Virus record (IMG/VR): IMGVR_UViG_3300015371_000001
Location: 77,277-141,276 of that record
Length of the DNA stretch: 64,000 nt
Source of the DNA: a virus
Direction: 5' to 3' (one strand)
Shown: in pieces, positions 8,811-18,832 of the stretch
How positions within the stretch are numbered: position 1 is the stretch's first letter
How the letters are laid out: each line of letters begins with the position of its first letter
Translations under genes and position numbers: made by a program
The notes under the pieces: generated by a model
The model's database searches: none
Seen by the model: only the letters and a program-made list of their open reading frames with translations
Told to the model about the DNA's origin: nothing

Positions 8811-10460
8811 GTGGCACTCGACGTAGCCGCCCTCCAGAAGCTCATGGCCGATGACAAGGCCCGTACTGAGGCTGCCCAGAGGGTCAAGCAGGCTCATGAC
8901 TTCGATCTGCCAGCACTTCAATCCTGGAACTACGAGCCGTGCCGTCGGCACAGGGGTGAACGGACGCCTGTCCCCCTGTGCCGTCAGTGTGGGATCGTGT
9001 TCCGGCGACACCAACGTGTCGGCATCCCTTGGCTCTACCTGACCAAGATGGCGCTGCTGGCTGACTTCGTCGGCTCGGGTAAGACGGTTCACGCCGGGGG
9101 ACTGTTCGCCTTGATGCAGGAGACCGGCGAGTTCGAGCACCGACGGGGTGTGGTTGTGGTGGGTCGACCGGCAGCCATTCTTCAGTGGCAGTCGGAGTTG
9201 AACCGGATGGTGCCTCGGCTCGACGTGGCGGCGGCTGTCGGCTCTCGGCAGCGCCGGATCGAAACGTACCTGCATCCGTGGGACGTAATGTTGATCGGTC
9301 CGCAGATGTTGATTAACGACTACGACACTCTGACGAGGTTTCCGATCAGCACCTTGGTGCTGGACGACCTGGACCCGCTGCGGAACCGTGAGACCAAGAC
9401 GGCCTACACGATCCGGCAGTTGAACCGGGAGGTCATGCTGGACCGGCTCGTGGTGATGTCGGCGACGCCGCTCCAGAAGAAGCTCCACGAGCTTTACCAC
9501 ATCCTGGAGATCGTCGGCGGTGACTCGGTGCTGGGAACGCCGAAGCAGTTCGATCTTCGGTACGTCCGGCGCGAGAAGGTGACGGTCTACAACGAGGAGT
9601 CAGGCCGCACCTCGCAGCAAGAGCAGTTCCAGGGCTACAAGCGGTTGCCGGAGTTCAAGCGCCGGATCGCTCCCTTCACGCTGCGGCGTACGCCGGACGA
9701 TCTCGATGACGTGTCGATCCCGAGGATCAATCCGGTTGATCACTGGCTGACGCTTCACGAGGGACAGGCCGAGCGGTACGCCGAGCTTCAGAGCGGCATC
9801 GTCTCCTACATTCGATCTGACGAGTTCGGACGCGCTTCAGAGATCAAGCGACAGGCTGGAGCGATGAAGCGGCTCCATGCTGCGGCTGCCATCTGTGATG
9901 GGCTCGGGACGCTGGGTCTGCCCGACGGGCCGGGGGCTTCGGTCAAACTCGACTGGTTGATTGATGAGTTGACCGGCGACCTGGCCGACGAGAAGGCAGT
10001 CACCTTCGCGCTCTACAAGCCGACGATCCAGGTGATTCAAGCTCGACTTGAGGTTGAGGGTATCGGGTACGAGACGATCTGGGGTCAGGACCGCAATCCC
10101 GAGCACCGCAAGGCAGCGATTGAGCGGTTCTGGGATGACCCGAGTTGTCGGATCATGCTCGGGACCACGGCCATCGAGCAGTCTGTCAACCTTCAGTGCG
10201 CTCGTCACTTGGTCAATGTCGGCCAGATCATGAACCCGGCCAGGATGCTTCAGCTTGCTGGTCGGATCGCACGGGACGGCTCGGCGTACCAGCACGTCTG
10301 GGTCCACAACCTTCGCTGTGTCGGCACTCATGAGGAGCGCTGGCTGCGCAAGCTGGAGCGCGAGCAGGCGTTGGCCAACTACATTTGGGATGAGTCGAAC
10401 GATCTGTTCAAGGCCATCTCTCCGCTAGAGCTACTACAAATGATTGGTGATGTGGGATGA
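8811..10460 (+). CDS. SNF2-like superfamily 2 helicase
   Basis: ADFVGSGKT Walker A, LVLDDLD Walker B variant, MSATP motif III, QSVNLQ, QLAGRIAR; N-terminal C/H zinc motif. Start 8811 chosen by alignment with the dnaB upstream motif (8805 possible). Confidence 0.9.
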   Translation: MALDVAALQKLMADDKARTEAAQRVKQAHDFDLPALQSWNYEPCRRHRGERTPVPLCRQCGIVFRRHQRVGIPWLYLTKMALLADFVGSGKTVHAGGLFALMQETGEFEHRRGVVVVGRPAAILQWQSELNRMVPRLDVAAAVGSRQRRIETYLHPWDVMLIGPQMLINDYDTLTRFPISTLVLDDLDPLRNRETKTAYTIRQLNREVMLDRLVVMSATPLQKKLHELYHILEIVGGDSVLGTPKQFDLRYVRREKVTVYNEESGRTSQQEQFQGYKRLPEFKRRIAPFTLRRTPDDLDDVSIPRINPVDHWLTLHEGQAERYAELQSGIVSYIRSDEFGRASEIKRQAGAMKRLHAAAAICDGLGTLGLPDGPGASVKLDWLIDELTGDLADEKAVTFALYKPTIQVIQARLEVEGIGYETIWGQDRNPEHRKAAIERFWDDPSCRIMLGTTAIEQSVNLQCARHLVNVGQIMNPARMLQLAGRIARDGSAYQHVWVHNLRCVGTHEERWLRKLEREQALANYIWDESNDLFKAISPLELLQMIGDVG

Positions 10461-10702
10461 CAGATCGACTCATGACAGGGACGGCCTACCTCCAGGTCCG
10501 GAAGGATTGGGGCTCGACGTGCCGAGTCGTTCGAGCGACGCAGAACAGTCCCAGCGTGCTCGCCGATGGGTGCATCGTCGTCAAGGTCCGTATTTCTGTT
10601 CCGGCTAAAGCGTGGGAGCCACTGACCATCGAGTTGCCGGTCGAGGTCCCTGCGGAGAAGGTTGTTCGCCCGACGCTAGAGGTGGAGGACGCCGATGGCT
10701 GA
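10457..10702 (+). CDS. Hypothetical protein
   Basis: ATGA-coupled to helicase. Confidence 0.65.
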   Translation: MTDRLMTGTAYLQVRKDWGSTCRVVRATQNSPSVLADGCIVVKVRISVPAKAWEPLTIELPVEVPAEKVVRPTLEVEDADG

Positions 10703-11057
10703 CTGTGTGTTCTGTGAGTTGGCCGACGAGGCTCGTGAGCGCGGCGAGACAACCTGGTCGAGCGATCAGCCGTGGTTCATCATCGAGGAGAGTGAGAACT
10801 ACCCGGAGTTCTCGCCGGTCGTGCCTGGCCATTTCATGACGGTGCCGACGTATCACTACGACACTGCGATCTCCGAGCCGTACATCGCCGGGTATGCGGT
10901 CACTCGTGCTGTGGCGGAGGCCGAGAGTCGGTCGATTGATGACTTCAACGTGATCATCAACAACGGGGCGGCGGCTGGGCAGACGGTGTTCCACCTGCAT
11001 GTGCATGTCGTTCCACGCTCGGCGGACGACGGAGTGGCGATGCCCTGGAGTCCGTAA
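10695..11057 (+). CDS. HIT family nucleotide hydrolase
   Basis: DCVFC start, PVVPGH, AGQTVFHLHVHVVPR histidine triad. Confidence 0.95.
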   Translation: MADCVFCELADEARERGETTWSSDQPWFIIEESENYPEFSPVVPGHFMTVPTYHYDTAISEPYIAGYAVTRAVAEAESRSIDDFNVIINNGAAAGQTVFHLHVHVVPRSADDGVAMPWSP

Positions 11058-12014
11058 GTGACTGAGATGACGGTCGAGCAGCAGAGGCTCGTTACTGACC
11101 ACATCTACATCGCCGACACGATGGCGGTGAAGGTGTGGCGGACCGCTCCATACGCGCTGGAGCTAGACGAGTTGAAGTCTCTGGCCTACATGGGGCTGGT
11201 CATGGCGGCGGTGCGGTGGGAGCCGTACTGCGAGGAGCGAGGCTTCGATCCAACGCACCTCCAGTACTTCGTGGCGTTCGCTCAGCGTCGGTCCAAGGGT
11301 GCTGTCATGGACGCCTTGCGGACTCAGGATTGGGCCAATCGGTCGTTGCGCTCGCGTTACAAGATGCTTCAGGAGGCAGGACTAGAGCGGGGAGCCACCG
11401 AGACGGAGATGGCTTCGAAGTCAGGGCTATCGATGGCGGAGGTGCGCAGCACCAAGCTCGGGATGGCTCGCAGGCCGGTCAGTCTCGACACGAGTGAGGT
11501 GGACGTAGGGGGAGCACCGGGGACGGTCGAGTCCTCGGTGCTGGCGACCGAGTTGCTGAAGTCGACGGTGGCAGCGGTCGAGCAGTTGGACGAAGTCAGT
11601 CAGACGGTGATTGCGCTCCGCTACTACTCCGGCATGGAGATCAAAGAGGTGGCGGCTCAGATGGGGCTCACCGAGTCGAGGGCGTCGCACATTCACACCG
11701 ACGCCGTCCTCAAAGTGCATGAGGTTCTGAAGCAGACGGCGATGGGAGAGCGGAACGTGGAGATCATCTACAACGTGCAGTCGGTCAAGAACGTGGACCC
11801 CGGCAAGTGGAAGTGGTTCCGTAAGACGACGCCGACCAAGATGTTGCCAGCCAGGGGGCCGTGCAAGATCATCACCGTGGGGAACGTGCCGGTCTCCCTG
11901 CCAGCGGGTTGGGAGGGGTTTGTTGCAGTGGACAGTGAAGGATTCCCTTACCCGGTGGACGGGCTGGTCCATGCGGACACGTACGAGGAGACGGAGGCAC
12001 CCGATGAGCCGTGA
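11058..12014 (+). CDS. Sigma-70 family, FliA/WhiG-like sigma factor with extra C-terminal domain
   Basis: Region 2 DELKSLAYMGLV..FA..R.KGAVMDALRTQDW.NRSLR; region 4 VIALRYY..KEVAAQMGLTESRASHIH. Confidence 0.9.
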   Translation: MTEMTVEQQRLVTDHIYIADTMAVKVWRTAPYALELDELKSLAYMGLVMAAVRWEPYCEERGFDPTHLQYFVAFAQRRSKGAVMDALRTQDWANRSLRSRYKMLQEAGLERGATETEMASKSGLSMAEVRSTKLGMARRPVSLDTSEVDVGGAPGTVESSVLATELLKSTVAAVEQLDEVSQTVIALRYYSGMEIKEVAAQMGLTESRASHIHTDAVLKVHEVLKQTAMGERNVEIIYNVQSVKNVDPGKWKWFRKTTPTKMLPARGPCKIITVGNVPVSLPAGWEGFVAVDSEGFPYPVDGLVHADTYEETEAPDEP

Positions 12015-12227
12015 GGAGCAACTGGCGCTGGCCGAGCATCTGGCCGATACTTACCCTGACCGACCTGTCTACGCGAGGCGTGTGGAGACGCTGCGCTGGC
12101 TGATGGAGCACTTCCCCTACGAGGGGTCGAAGATCTTGGTATGGGACTAGACAGAAAAGCCGATATAGAGGTAGCATGTCTCCTAGCGGCCCAAGTGGGC
12201 TGACTACAACTAGGAGAACAAAACAGG

Positions 12228-12767
12228 ATGAAGAACCCAATTAGCATCACTAGTAACACCACACGGATTTCGGTCACGTTCCGCTGGGAGCCTGGGACCG
12301 GCCCGCACTTCGCTCGGCCTGGCTACGAAGCTCCCGAGGTGTCGTTTCACGAGATCACGGCAGTTTCGAACTGCCCTGTGCGCCACCAGGAAATCACCAT
12401 CGACGGTCGTGGCCACTACATCGACTCTGACGGCAACCTTCAGGCGGACCTTGGTCCGCGCAGCATGGGGACGACTGGCATCGAGCACCCCAACATCCCC
12501 GAGGTGCTTCGGCACATGCTGTTCGAGGCGCTGCTTGAGGAGGCCGGGAAGGTCCTGGAAGGTAGCCGTGCGAACCACGGCGACTGCCCTGGCGGCTTGG
12601 GTTGTATCTGCAACCAGCCTGATGAGCCTGTTGCGCCCGACGACCTGGAGCAGGTCGTGGACGAGGCGATCCGCACGCGGAAGCCTGCGATCCCGGTCCA
12701 CGACTGTGACGACTGGCACGACGGCGAGTGCTCTCGTTGTGGTCCGACGGGCAGGTGGAGTCGATGA
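12228..12767 (+). CDS. Hypothetical protein
   Basis: Preceded by TAGACA-N18-TAGCAT and AGGAG. Confidence 0.6.
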   Translation: MKNPISITSNTTRISVTFRWEPGTGPHFARPGYEAPEVSFHEITAVSNCPVRHQEITIDGRGHYIDSDGNLQADLGPRSMGTTGIEHPNIPEVLRHMLFEALLEEAGKVLEGSRANHGDCPGGLGCICNQPDEPVAPDDLEQVVDEAIRTRKPAIPVHDCDDWHDGECSRCGPTGRWSR

Positions 12768-13162
12768 ACCTCAACGACTACTACTGTCACGACTGCCGTG
12801 ACTGGCAGGCTGCCAGGCGCACCTCCGGTAAGGGCCGGGAGTGCCTGACCTGTGGCCACCAGATCCAGTGCGATGACTGCGGAGCAGGCTGGCACGACGA
12901 TCATGTCTGCTACACCCCGCCGATCACTCCGGATGGCCTGGAGAACGAGATCAAGGACTTGGTCTACAACGGCTTCACCCGTGAGGAGGCGGCGGCGCAG
13001 GTCGCCGACGCCAACGGTGGAGGCGACGGCTTCAGGGAACGGCTTCTGTCGCTCCTGCCGGAGGGTCCCCTTCCGGGCGAGGGTCCGATGGACAAGGGCC
13101 TGGAGATCGACGCCGGGATCTACTCGGCTGCGGTCGCCGCTGTGAGGAGGCGACGCCGATGA
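12764..13162 (+). CDS. Zinc-ribbon hypothetical protein
   Basis: Three CxxC motifs; ATGA-coupled. Confidence 0.65.
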   Translation: MNLNDYYCHDCRDWQAARRTSGKGRECLTCGHQIQCDDCGAGWHDDHVCYTPPITPDGLENEIKDLVYNGFTREEAAAQVADANGGGDGFRERLLSLLPEGPLPGEGPMDKGLEIDAGIYSAAVAAVRRRRR

Positions 13163-13449
13163 ACGCACCTGACGGTCTTTACACCGATACGGTCGTGGAC
13201 CTGTTCCTTCTCTGGAGTAAGGAAGGTGACGGCCCGAAGTTCAAGCGGCAGGGCTCGGACGTGGAGTACGAGTACAAGTCGATGAAGCTGACTGGCCGAC
13301 TTCCCCTTGTCCGCGAGGCCGTGATCATTACGGCCAATCCGCGAGGCTACCCGCTCAGCGCAAGCCACCAGTTGCTTTGGTCGGATTTGCCGGAGGACGT
13401 GTTCGAAGGACTTTGGGATCTCCTGACGAAGGAGGTGGCCAAGAAATGA
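13159..13449 (+). CDS. Hypothetical protein
   Basis: ATGA-coupled. Confidence 0.6.
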   Translation: MNAPDGLYTDTVVDLFLLWSKEGDGPKFKRQGSDVEYEYKSMKLTGRLPLVREAVIITANPRGYPLSASHQLLWSDLPEDVFEGLWDLLTKEVAKK

Positions 13450-13727
13450 GACCAATCATGATGTGCCCTGGTGCTCCTGCCGGAGGGCATCTGTCAGGGG
13501 GTTACTGGCACCCCGGAGCTATCGAGACGTGCTCCAAAGGCCGGTGCGAGGACTACAACAAACAGGATGTGAAGCAGCATGATCAACGAGCAGCATGACG
13601 CGCTGGCTGAAGCGCTCTACAACGCCTGGAATCGGCGTACGGCGTTCCAGTGGAAGCTGGAGCACTGGCGCGAGGTCGTCGGCGACGACGAGGTTCAGGC
13701 GCTCCTGTCGGAGGGAGGTGAGCGTGC

Positions 13728-14078
13728 ATGAAGTGGCTGAAAATGCTTCTGGCTAGTGCGCTGGTCGTACTCACCTTCGGGTGTGCCCACGCTGACAGCG
13801 AGCCGTCTAAGCCCAGCGTCGACTATGACTCCTGGCGGACCCAGATGAGGTCGCAGGCGATGACGCAGGGACAGGACTTGGATCTGACGGTGTACCGCGA
13901 CGTGTTCCAGAACGATGTCTGCAAGATGGACGATGGTTCGTTCGATTACTTCGTTGCCGGGTCGGTCGATGACGGCACTGTCGAGTACGCCCGTATCAGC
14001 ATCAAGTACTTCTGTTCTGACCGGACAGCGGACCTGGAAGATGCGCTCGACATAGTCGGCTACACGCCGCCCTCATAG
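13728..14078 (+). CDS. Secreted or lipoprotein-like protein
   Basis: GGAGGTG SD; signal peptide ending LTFGC. Confidence 0.7.
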   Translation: MKWLKMLLASALVVLTFGCAHADSEPSKPSVDYDSWRTQMRSQAMTQGQDLDLTVYRDVFQNDVCKMDDGSFDYFVAGSVDDGTVEYARISIKYFCSDRTADLEDALDIVGYTPPS

Positions 14079-14081
14079 ACC

Positions 14082-14192
14082 GAGTGCCGGGGCGTCAACG
14101 GAGTTTCCTATGGGACCTTTCCTTCGAAGGGCGGTCATGATGGAGGTTTTTCATCCCTGTTCCCTCCTAGCCGTACCTGCGCCCCGGCACTC
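14082..14192. ncRNA. Candidate structured intergenic RNA
   Basis: 13-bp perfect closing stem enclosing further hairpins; no credible ORF. Confidence 0.45.
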
Positions 14193-14260
14193 TCCCGATT
14201 CGATGCACATGGTGTTGTAGATCGTCTACATCGCCTAGTACGCTGGCTGTTGGAGGCAGC

Positions 14261-14596
14261 ATGAATCTTGTTCTTGACATCCTCGATTGGGTCCTTGCCG
14301 TCGTCATCCTGGTCATCTTCGTGTTCTTCACCGCGTCGGCGCTGTACCCGTGGTGGAACAAGACGAAGCAGGTTCGACTGCTCGGCTGGCCGACTCTGGT
14401 GGCATGGCTCGCCTCGTGGGCGATTCTGTTCTACTTCGTGGACGTGATCGTGGACGGCTTCAAGGAGTTCGTCGGCTTCATGCTCGGGGTCGTTCTGATC
14501 CTCGGGATTGAGCGCATGTACCGGCGTGCCGATACAGCACATTTGAACTATTTGTTGAAGAACGCACCTAAGCGGGAGCCTGACGACGATGAGTGA
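14261..14596 (+). CDS. Membrane protein
   Basis: Three TM segments; GGAGGCAG SD. Confidence 0.7.
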   Translation: MNLVLDILDWVLAVVILVIFVFFTASALYPWWNKTKQVRLLGWPTLVAWLASWAILFYFVDVIVDGFKEFVGFMLGVVLILGIERMYRRADTAHLNYLLKNAPKREPDDDE

Positions 14597-14906
14597 GTCC
14601 TACGTCGAGATCGACCGGATGCGTCTGGTCGCCGAGCGCCTGCGTACCAAGTGGCGCATGGTGTCTCAGAAGGGGTTGCCGAAGTACCAAGTCAGGAATC
14701 GAGCCGCCGACTTCGCGCTGGCTGACTGGCTGGACTTCGTGGCCAACACGCACGAGGAGGACCCGACCGACTACTGCCGAGGCGGTGGTCATGCCGATTT
14801 TGTGTTGGGCGACCCCGGTCCGGTTCACCCTTGCACCTCGTGGTGGTGCCAGAACATGGACCAAGCGTTGAAGTTCACCAACGCCTTTTTGATGGAGACG
14901 ACATGA
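14589..14906 (+). CDS. Hypothetical protein
   Basis: Coupled ORF. Confidence 0.6.
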   Translation: MSESYVEIDRMRLVAERLRTKWRMVSQKGLPKYQVRNRAADFALADWLDFVANTHEEDPTDYCRGGGHADFVLGDPGPVHPCTSWWCQNMDQALKFTNAFLMETT

Positions 14907-15035
14907 TTGAGATTGGAATGCACCTGGCCTGGACCATCTGCATCTCCGTTATCGCGATGGCCTTCGCGATCAGCGAGTTGGGCCACAAGAACTGCGTGCC
15001 CAAGGACCATAAGTGTCTCGCTGAGGACGACAACG

Positions 15036-15473
15036 ATGGCTAGGTTGTCCACCGGGATCTGCTTGGTCGCTGGCACTTGTACTGGCACTGTGTTCGGTCA
15101 GTCGTGGTGGCTCTTGACGATCCCGTACGTCTTGTACTCCGTGTTCGTGATCGTGTGGGCGGAGAGCTTCGTGGAGTTCTATCGGTGGGACGGCGAGGCG
15201 TTGCTGCTTTCGTCTGGCTTCGTGGCGCTCGGCACCTTGTTCCTGGCGTTCGCCATGACGACCGGTCCTGGCTGGCTGTTCGCGATGGTCGTGCTGATGT
15301 ATGGGTTGACGATGATCAATCAGATGTATACTCCACACATCATGCGAGTAGGTTGGCAGAGGCAGCGGCGAGGGCTCGACACCGAGCTTGCTGACAAGCT
15401 GCCCTACACTACCGACCTGGGCGCGATGCGCGACCGGTTCCGGCTCGGTCTGAAGGAGCACGCAGGCCGATGA
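15036..15473 (+). CDS. Membrane protein
   Basis: Multiple TM segments. Confidence 0.65.
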   Translation: MARLSTGICLVAGTCTGTVFGQSWWLLTIPYVLYSVFVIVWAESFVEFYRWDGEALLLSSGFVALGTLFLAFAMTTGPGWLFAMVVLMYGLTMINQMYTPHIMRVGWQRQRRGLDTELADKLPYTTDLGAMRDRFRLGLKEHAGR

Positions 15474-15718
15474 AGGCATACGTACTGGTTCAGATCGAGG
15501 CCGACGACGCCGAGCACACCCGTATCCGAGTGGGCTCGATTCGGAAGGCGATCCACGGGATGGCGGAGTCCTTCGGGTACGAGAAGCAGGTCGCCGACAT
15601 GCCGTTCTACGAGGACGAGGAGCGTACCTACGTCGGCACGCTCTCGTCGTATCCCGCGCTCGACAAGGAGTTCGAGCGGCACCGGAAGGTATGGCGAGGC
15701 GTGAAGGGGCAGCGATGA
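15470..15718 (+). CDS. Hypothetical protein
   Basis: ATGA-coupled on both sides. Confidence 0.6.
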   Translation: MKAYVLVQIEADDAEHTRIRVGSIRKAIHGMAESFGYEKQVADMPFYEDEERTYVGTLSSYPALDKEFERHRKVWRGVKGQR

Positions 15719-16185
15719 AGGATCGGCTTCAGTCGGCGGTTGACTCCGCCCGCGACCTCGGTGGTTTCTTTCTCTACAACTGGCCCATGTGGATCTTCAC
15801 GGCAGTGTGGTGCGGCGGTCAGTTGGTGTTCTTGATGACGACCGTGGTCAACAACATCTTCTTCGACTCGGAGACGTACGCCAAGTACGAGTCCATCGTC
15901 TCCTTGACGTGGTTCGTGGTTGGTGGTGTCTGGCTCTTGATGCGCTCGCTCCTCTGGCCAGATCGGACCAGGCTGCGACAGGAACAGTGGAGGCGTCGGT
16001 GGCCGCTCTACATTTGTGGACGGACGCAGACCGAGGGCGATGTCACCCACACCTGCGATCTGAAGAAGCACCACCCAGGCTTTCGGCACTCATGCCAGTG
16101 CCTCAGGGCTGGACATGCTTCAGGCCATGCTGGGATCTTCATGTGGGTCTACACCCAGCATGGCGTTCCCGTCGACCTGCTGTGA
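15715..16185 (+). CDS. Membrane protein with C-terminal Cys/His motif
   Basis: Two TMs; C..H..H repeats. Confidence 0.6.
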   Translation: MKDRLQSAVDSARDLGGFFLYNWPMWIFTAVWCGGQLVFLMTTVVNNIFFDSETYAKYESIVSLTWFVVGGVWLLMRSLLWPDRTRLRQEQWRRRWPLYICGRTQTEGDVTHTCDLKKHHPGFRHSCQCLRAGHASGHAGIFMWVYTQHGVPVDLL

Positions 16186-16303
16186 AAAACGGCTCGAAGT
16201 GAGTATCTAGACGATAGTCGTCCGGCTCCGGTGCGATAGGGACAGCTAAGGGTTTTGAAGTACCAGAGCATTGTGGAAGTACCTGCTACAAGGAGGCAGA
16301 GTA

Positions 16304-16594
16304 GTGAGTGAGGCAGTCGGCGCGGGAGCGCTGAGCGAGGACGAGGCGCAGCGCGCCCTCCAGAACGCCATCAACACCGAGATCTCGTCGGGGTGGCGTG
16401 TGGAATCCCAGATCCCCGGTCAGGCGACCCTGGCGAAGGGCCGTCACATCAATCACATCGGGCACGGTGTGGCCACCGTGTTGACCTGCGGGTTGTGGGC
16501 CCCGGTGTGGGCCATCTCCTGGGCGGTCAACAGGCGTCAGGTGCAAAGCCTGTCGGTCGACCAGTACGGCAACGTCCAGCGGCAGAAGCTCTGA
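16304..16594 (+). CDS. Small membrane protein of a common phage type
   Basis: GWRVESQ..NHIGH..LTCGLW..VW..SVDQYGNV. Confidence 0.7.
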   Translation: MSEAVGAGALSEDEAQRALQNAINTEISSGWRVESQIPGQATLAKGRHINHIGHGVATVLTCGLWAPVWAISWAVNRRQVQSLSVDQYGNVQRQKL

Positions 16595-16601
16595 GGTCAT
16601 C

Positions 16602-16838
16602 GTGGAGACCGTGTTCTGGAGCGCCGTGTTCGCCGTAGCGGTGTGCGCGCCGAGCGCGTTGCTGTGTTGGGCGATGAGCCGGAGGATCAAGGCGGACTAC
16701 CGCGAGGCACGGGCCAAGGCGAAGGCCGAGCACCAGGCGCGGATGGCCGCGATCCTGGCAGAGTTCGACCGAGAGCTTGAGCGACAAGGACTTCTGAGCG
16801 AGGTCAAGAACACCGAACAAGAGAGGCAGCAACCGTGA
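16602..16838 (+). CDS. TM plus coiled-coil protein
   Basis: N-terminal TM, helical tail. Confidence 0.6.
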   Translation: METVFWSAVFAVAVCAPSALLCWAMSRRIKADYREARAKAKAEHQARMAAILAEFDRELERQGLLSEVKNTEQERQQP

Positions 16839-17377
16839 GCGTAGAGAAGCGAGCAGCGCGCGTCCTGGCCGAGGCCGAGGAGCTATTGGACCAGGGCTGG
16901 ATTCAGGGCACCGAGTGGGACGCCAATGGGAACCACTGCATGAGGGGCGCGATCAACGAGGTGATCGACAACCAGGTCACCCTCCGGGTCCGTCCGGGAC
17001 TGCGGAAGAAGGTGCTTCACGCAGCGGTGGGAGCCACCAACACCGTGGTCACCAAGCAGTCGAGTTATCTCGGCGACGACACCCTGGTCTCCAAGCTGTG
17101 CTACGGGATGGAGTCGTACAACGACACTTCCGGACGCACCAAGGAGCAGTGCCAGGGCGCGTTCAGGGCGGCGCGGCGCGGGTTGCTGGACGGACGGTTC
17201 GTGTTCGACCGGCACGCGCTACGCGCGATCACCGTGCAGGAGCCGAAGAAGGCCAAGGCACCTGCGCTGCCACCGGCTCCTCCGGAGCCCAGCTACAAGG
17301 GTGTGCCCAGCTTCGCGCCGTCGGCCAAGAAGCCGGTGAGCGAGAAGAAGGCACGCCGGGAGAAGGTCCACGCATGA
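16835..17377 (+). CDS. DUF6197-like protein, paralog 1
   Basis: VL..A..LL..GWIQG..G.HCMRGAI..YND..RTKEQ. Confidence 0.75.
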   Translation: MSVEKRAARVLAEAEELLDQGWIQGTEWDANGNHCMRGAINEVIDNQVTLRVRPGLRKKVLHAAVGATNTVVTKQSSYLGDDTLVSKLCYGMESYNDTSGRTKEQCQGAFRAARRGLLDGRFVFDRHALRAITVQEPKKAKAPALPPAPPEPSYKGVPSFAPSAKKPVSEKKARREKVHA

Positions 17378-17829
17378 GCCCCGAGCCGGAGCAGGTCGCC
17401 GAGGTCCTGGAGGACGCCGCCGACCTGATCGAGTCCGGGTGGTGCCAGGGGACCTGGACGCGCAAGGCGGTGACCTGGAACGGGCAGGATGCCGGGGAGG
17501 AGGTCTGCGCGTCGGAGGCGATCTCGCGGATGGTCTGGAACAACACCAGCACCAAAGCCGAGCAGGTCGAGTTGTCGACTGCTGCGCACCGAGCGGTGCT
17601 CGAACACCTGGGCCCTGAGGAGTTGAAGCACCTGACCGAGCGGCTGGAGGTCGACCGGCAGCATGGTGATGGCTTCTTGACACCACACATCGTGCTTTCG
17701 CGGACTCGCGACCCTGTCATCGCCTGGAACGACCGTCCGTCCATCGACGGCGGGCCGAATAAGCAGGAGGTCCTGGACACCTTCCGAGGTGCGGCCAAGG
17801 ACGTACTGAAGCCTGAGGAGGCAGCATGA
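17374..17829 (+). CDS. DUF6197-like protein, paralog 2
   Basis: VLEDAADLIESGWCQG..VCASEAI..AWND..EVLDTFR. Confidence 0.75.
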   Translation: MSPEPEQVAEVLEDAADLIESGWCQGTWTRKAVTWNGQDAGEEVCASEAISRMVWNNTSTKAEQVELSTAAHRAVLEHLGPEELKHLTERLEVDRQHGDGFLTPHIVLSRTRDPVIAWNDRPSIDGGPNKQEVLDTFRGAAKDVLKPEEAA

Positions 17830-18371
17830 GTGAGGCGCGACTGAGCGCAATCGACCAGGTCATCGTGGACGCGATCCGGGGCGGGGCCGAGATCATCGAG
17901 CGGGACGGCTGGACCAAGGGCGACCTGCACGCACCGACCGGTGAGCACTGCGCGTTGGGCGCGCTCGACGCCTGGCTGACCGAGCACACCCGTCACGGGA
18001 CGGCGCTTGAGTACCTGAGGCTTCGTGAGCAGGTGCAGCAGGTGGTGAACCTGCATGTGCAGGACACGACGCGGTACTCCAACGTGGCGAGGTTCAACGA
18101 CGCCACCCGGACCACCTACGCCGGTCAGGTGACTCGCAAGCTGCGGGAGGCGGCTGCCTGGTACGAGCGGACCCGGCTCGCTCAGGTCATGGGTTCGCTG
18201 ACTGAGGTCGAGGCTGCGCTGAAGGCGGAGGCCAAGGCTGAGAAGAAGGCAGCAAAGGCCGAGCGCCGTGAGCAGCGCAAGATCAAGCGCAAGGCGCGGC
18301 GTTGGGGCCGGTCGCCGGTCACCTGGCCAGCCGAGGAGCAGGTCACCGACAAGGCCGAGGAGCGGGTGTGA
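17826..18371 (+). CDS. DUF6197-like protein, paralog 3
   Basis: GWTKG..GEHCALGAL..RFND..QV..LREAA. Confidence 0.75.
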   Translation: MSEARLSAIDQVIVDAIRGGAEIIERDGWTKGDLHAPTGEHCALGALDAWLTEHTRHGTALEYLRLREQVQQVVNLHVQDTTRYSNVARFNDATRTTYAGQVTRKLREAAAWYERTRLAQVMGSLTEVEAALKAEAKAEKKAAKAERREQRKIKRKARRWGRSPVTWPAEEQVTDKAEERV

Positions 18372-18832
18372 GCACGACGATGGCGATTTCGGCGCTGGAC
18401 ATCCTGCCGGTCTATGACTCGGAGACTTCGGAGGTCATCGGCGGGTTCGACCGGACGGTTCAGCGGGACGACTCCGAGCGGACCGCCGAGATCTGTGAGA
18501 ACGCGGCCAAGCTCATCGAGGAGCGAGGTTGGACCCAGGACACCGCCGTCGGCGCGAACGGCGGTGTCTGTCTGGTCGAGGCGCTGACCCGCGCCGCGCT
18601 GGACAAGGTGATCTTCACCAGTGGCGGGGCCGACGAGTCGGTTCGGGCGGCGTTCCAGAGGGCGCTGGACCACATGGAGTGGACGCTGTTCGGCTCCAAG
18701 ACGCTGGACGAGGGCTACAACATGGCGCGCTGGAACGACCGGATAGGGCGTCGGGAGCAAGAGGTCCTGGACGCGCTCCACACCGGAGCCAAGCTCGCAC
18801 TCAACCCGGAGGCAGACCGTGGCGATGCATGA
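18368..18832 (+). CDS. DUF6197-like protein, paralog 4
   Basis: AAKLIEERGWTQ..GVCLVEAL..RWNDRIGR..EVLDAL. Confidence 0.75.
   Translation: MSTTMAISALDILPVYDSETSEVIGGFDRTVQRDDSERTAEICENAAKLIEERGWTQDTAVGANGGVCLVEALTRAALDKVIFTSGGADESVRAAFQRALDHMEWTLFGSKTLDEGYNMARWNDRIGRREQEVLDALHTGAKLALNPEADRGDA

Noticed and set aside
17610-17615. Avoidance of all GC-rich palindromes
   Set aside because: GGGCCC occurs here, and GTCGAC and GCGCGC occur elsewhere, so avoidance is site-specific.
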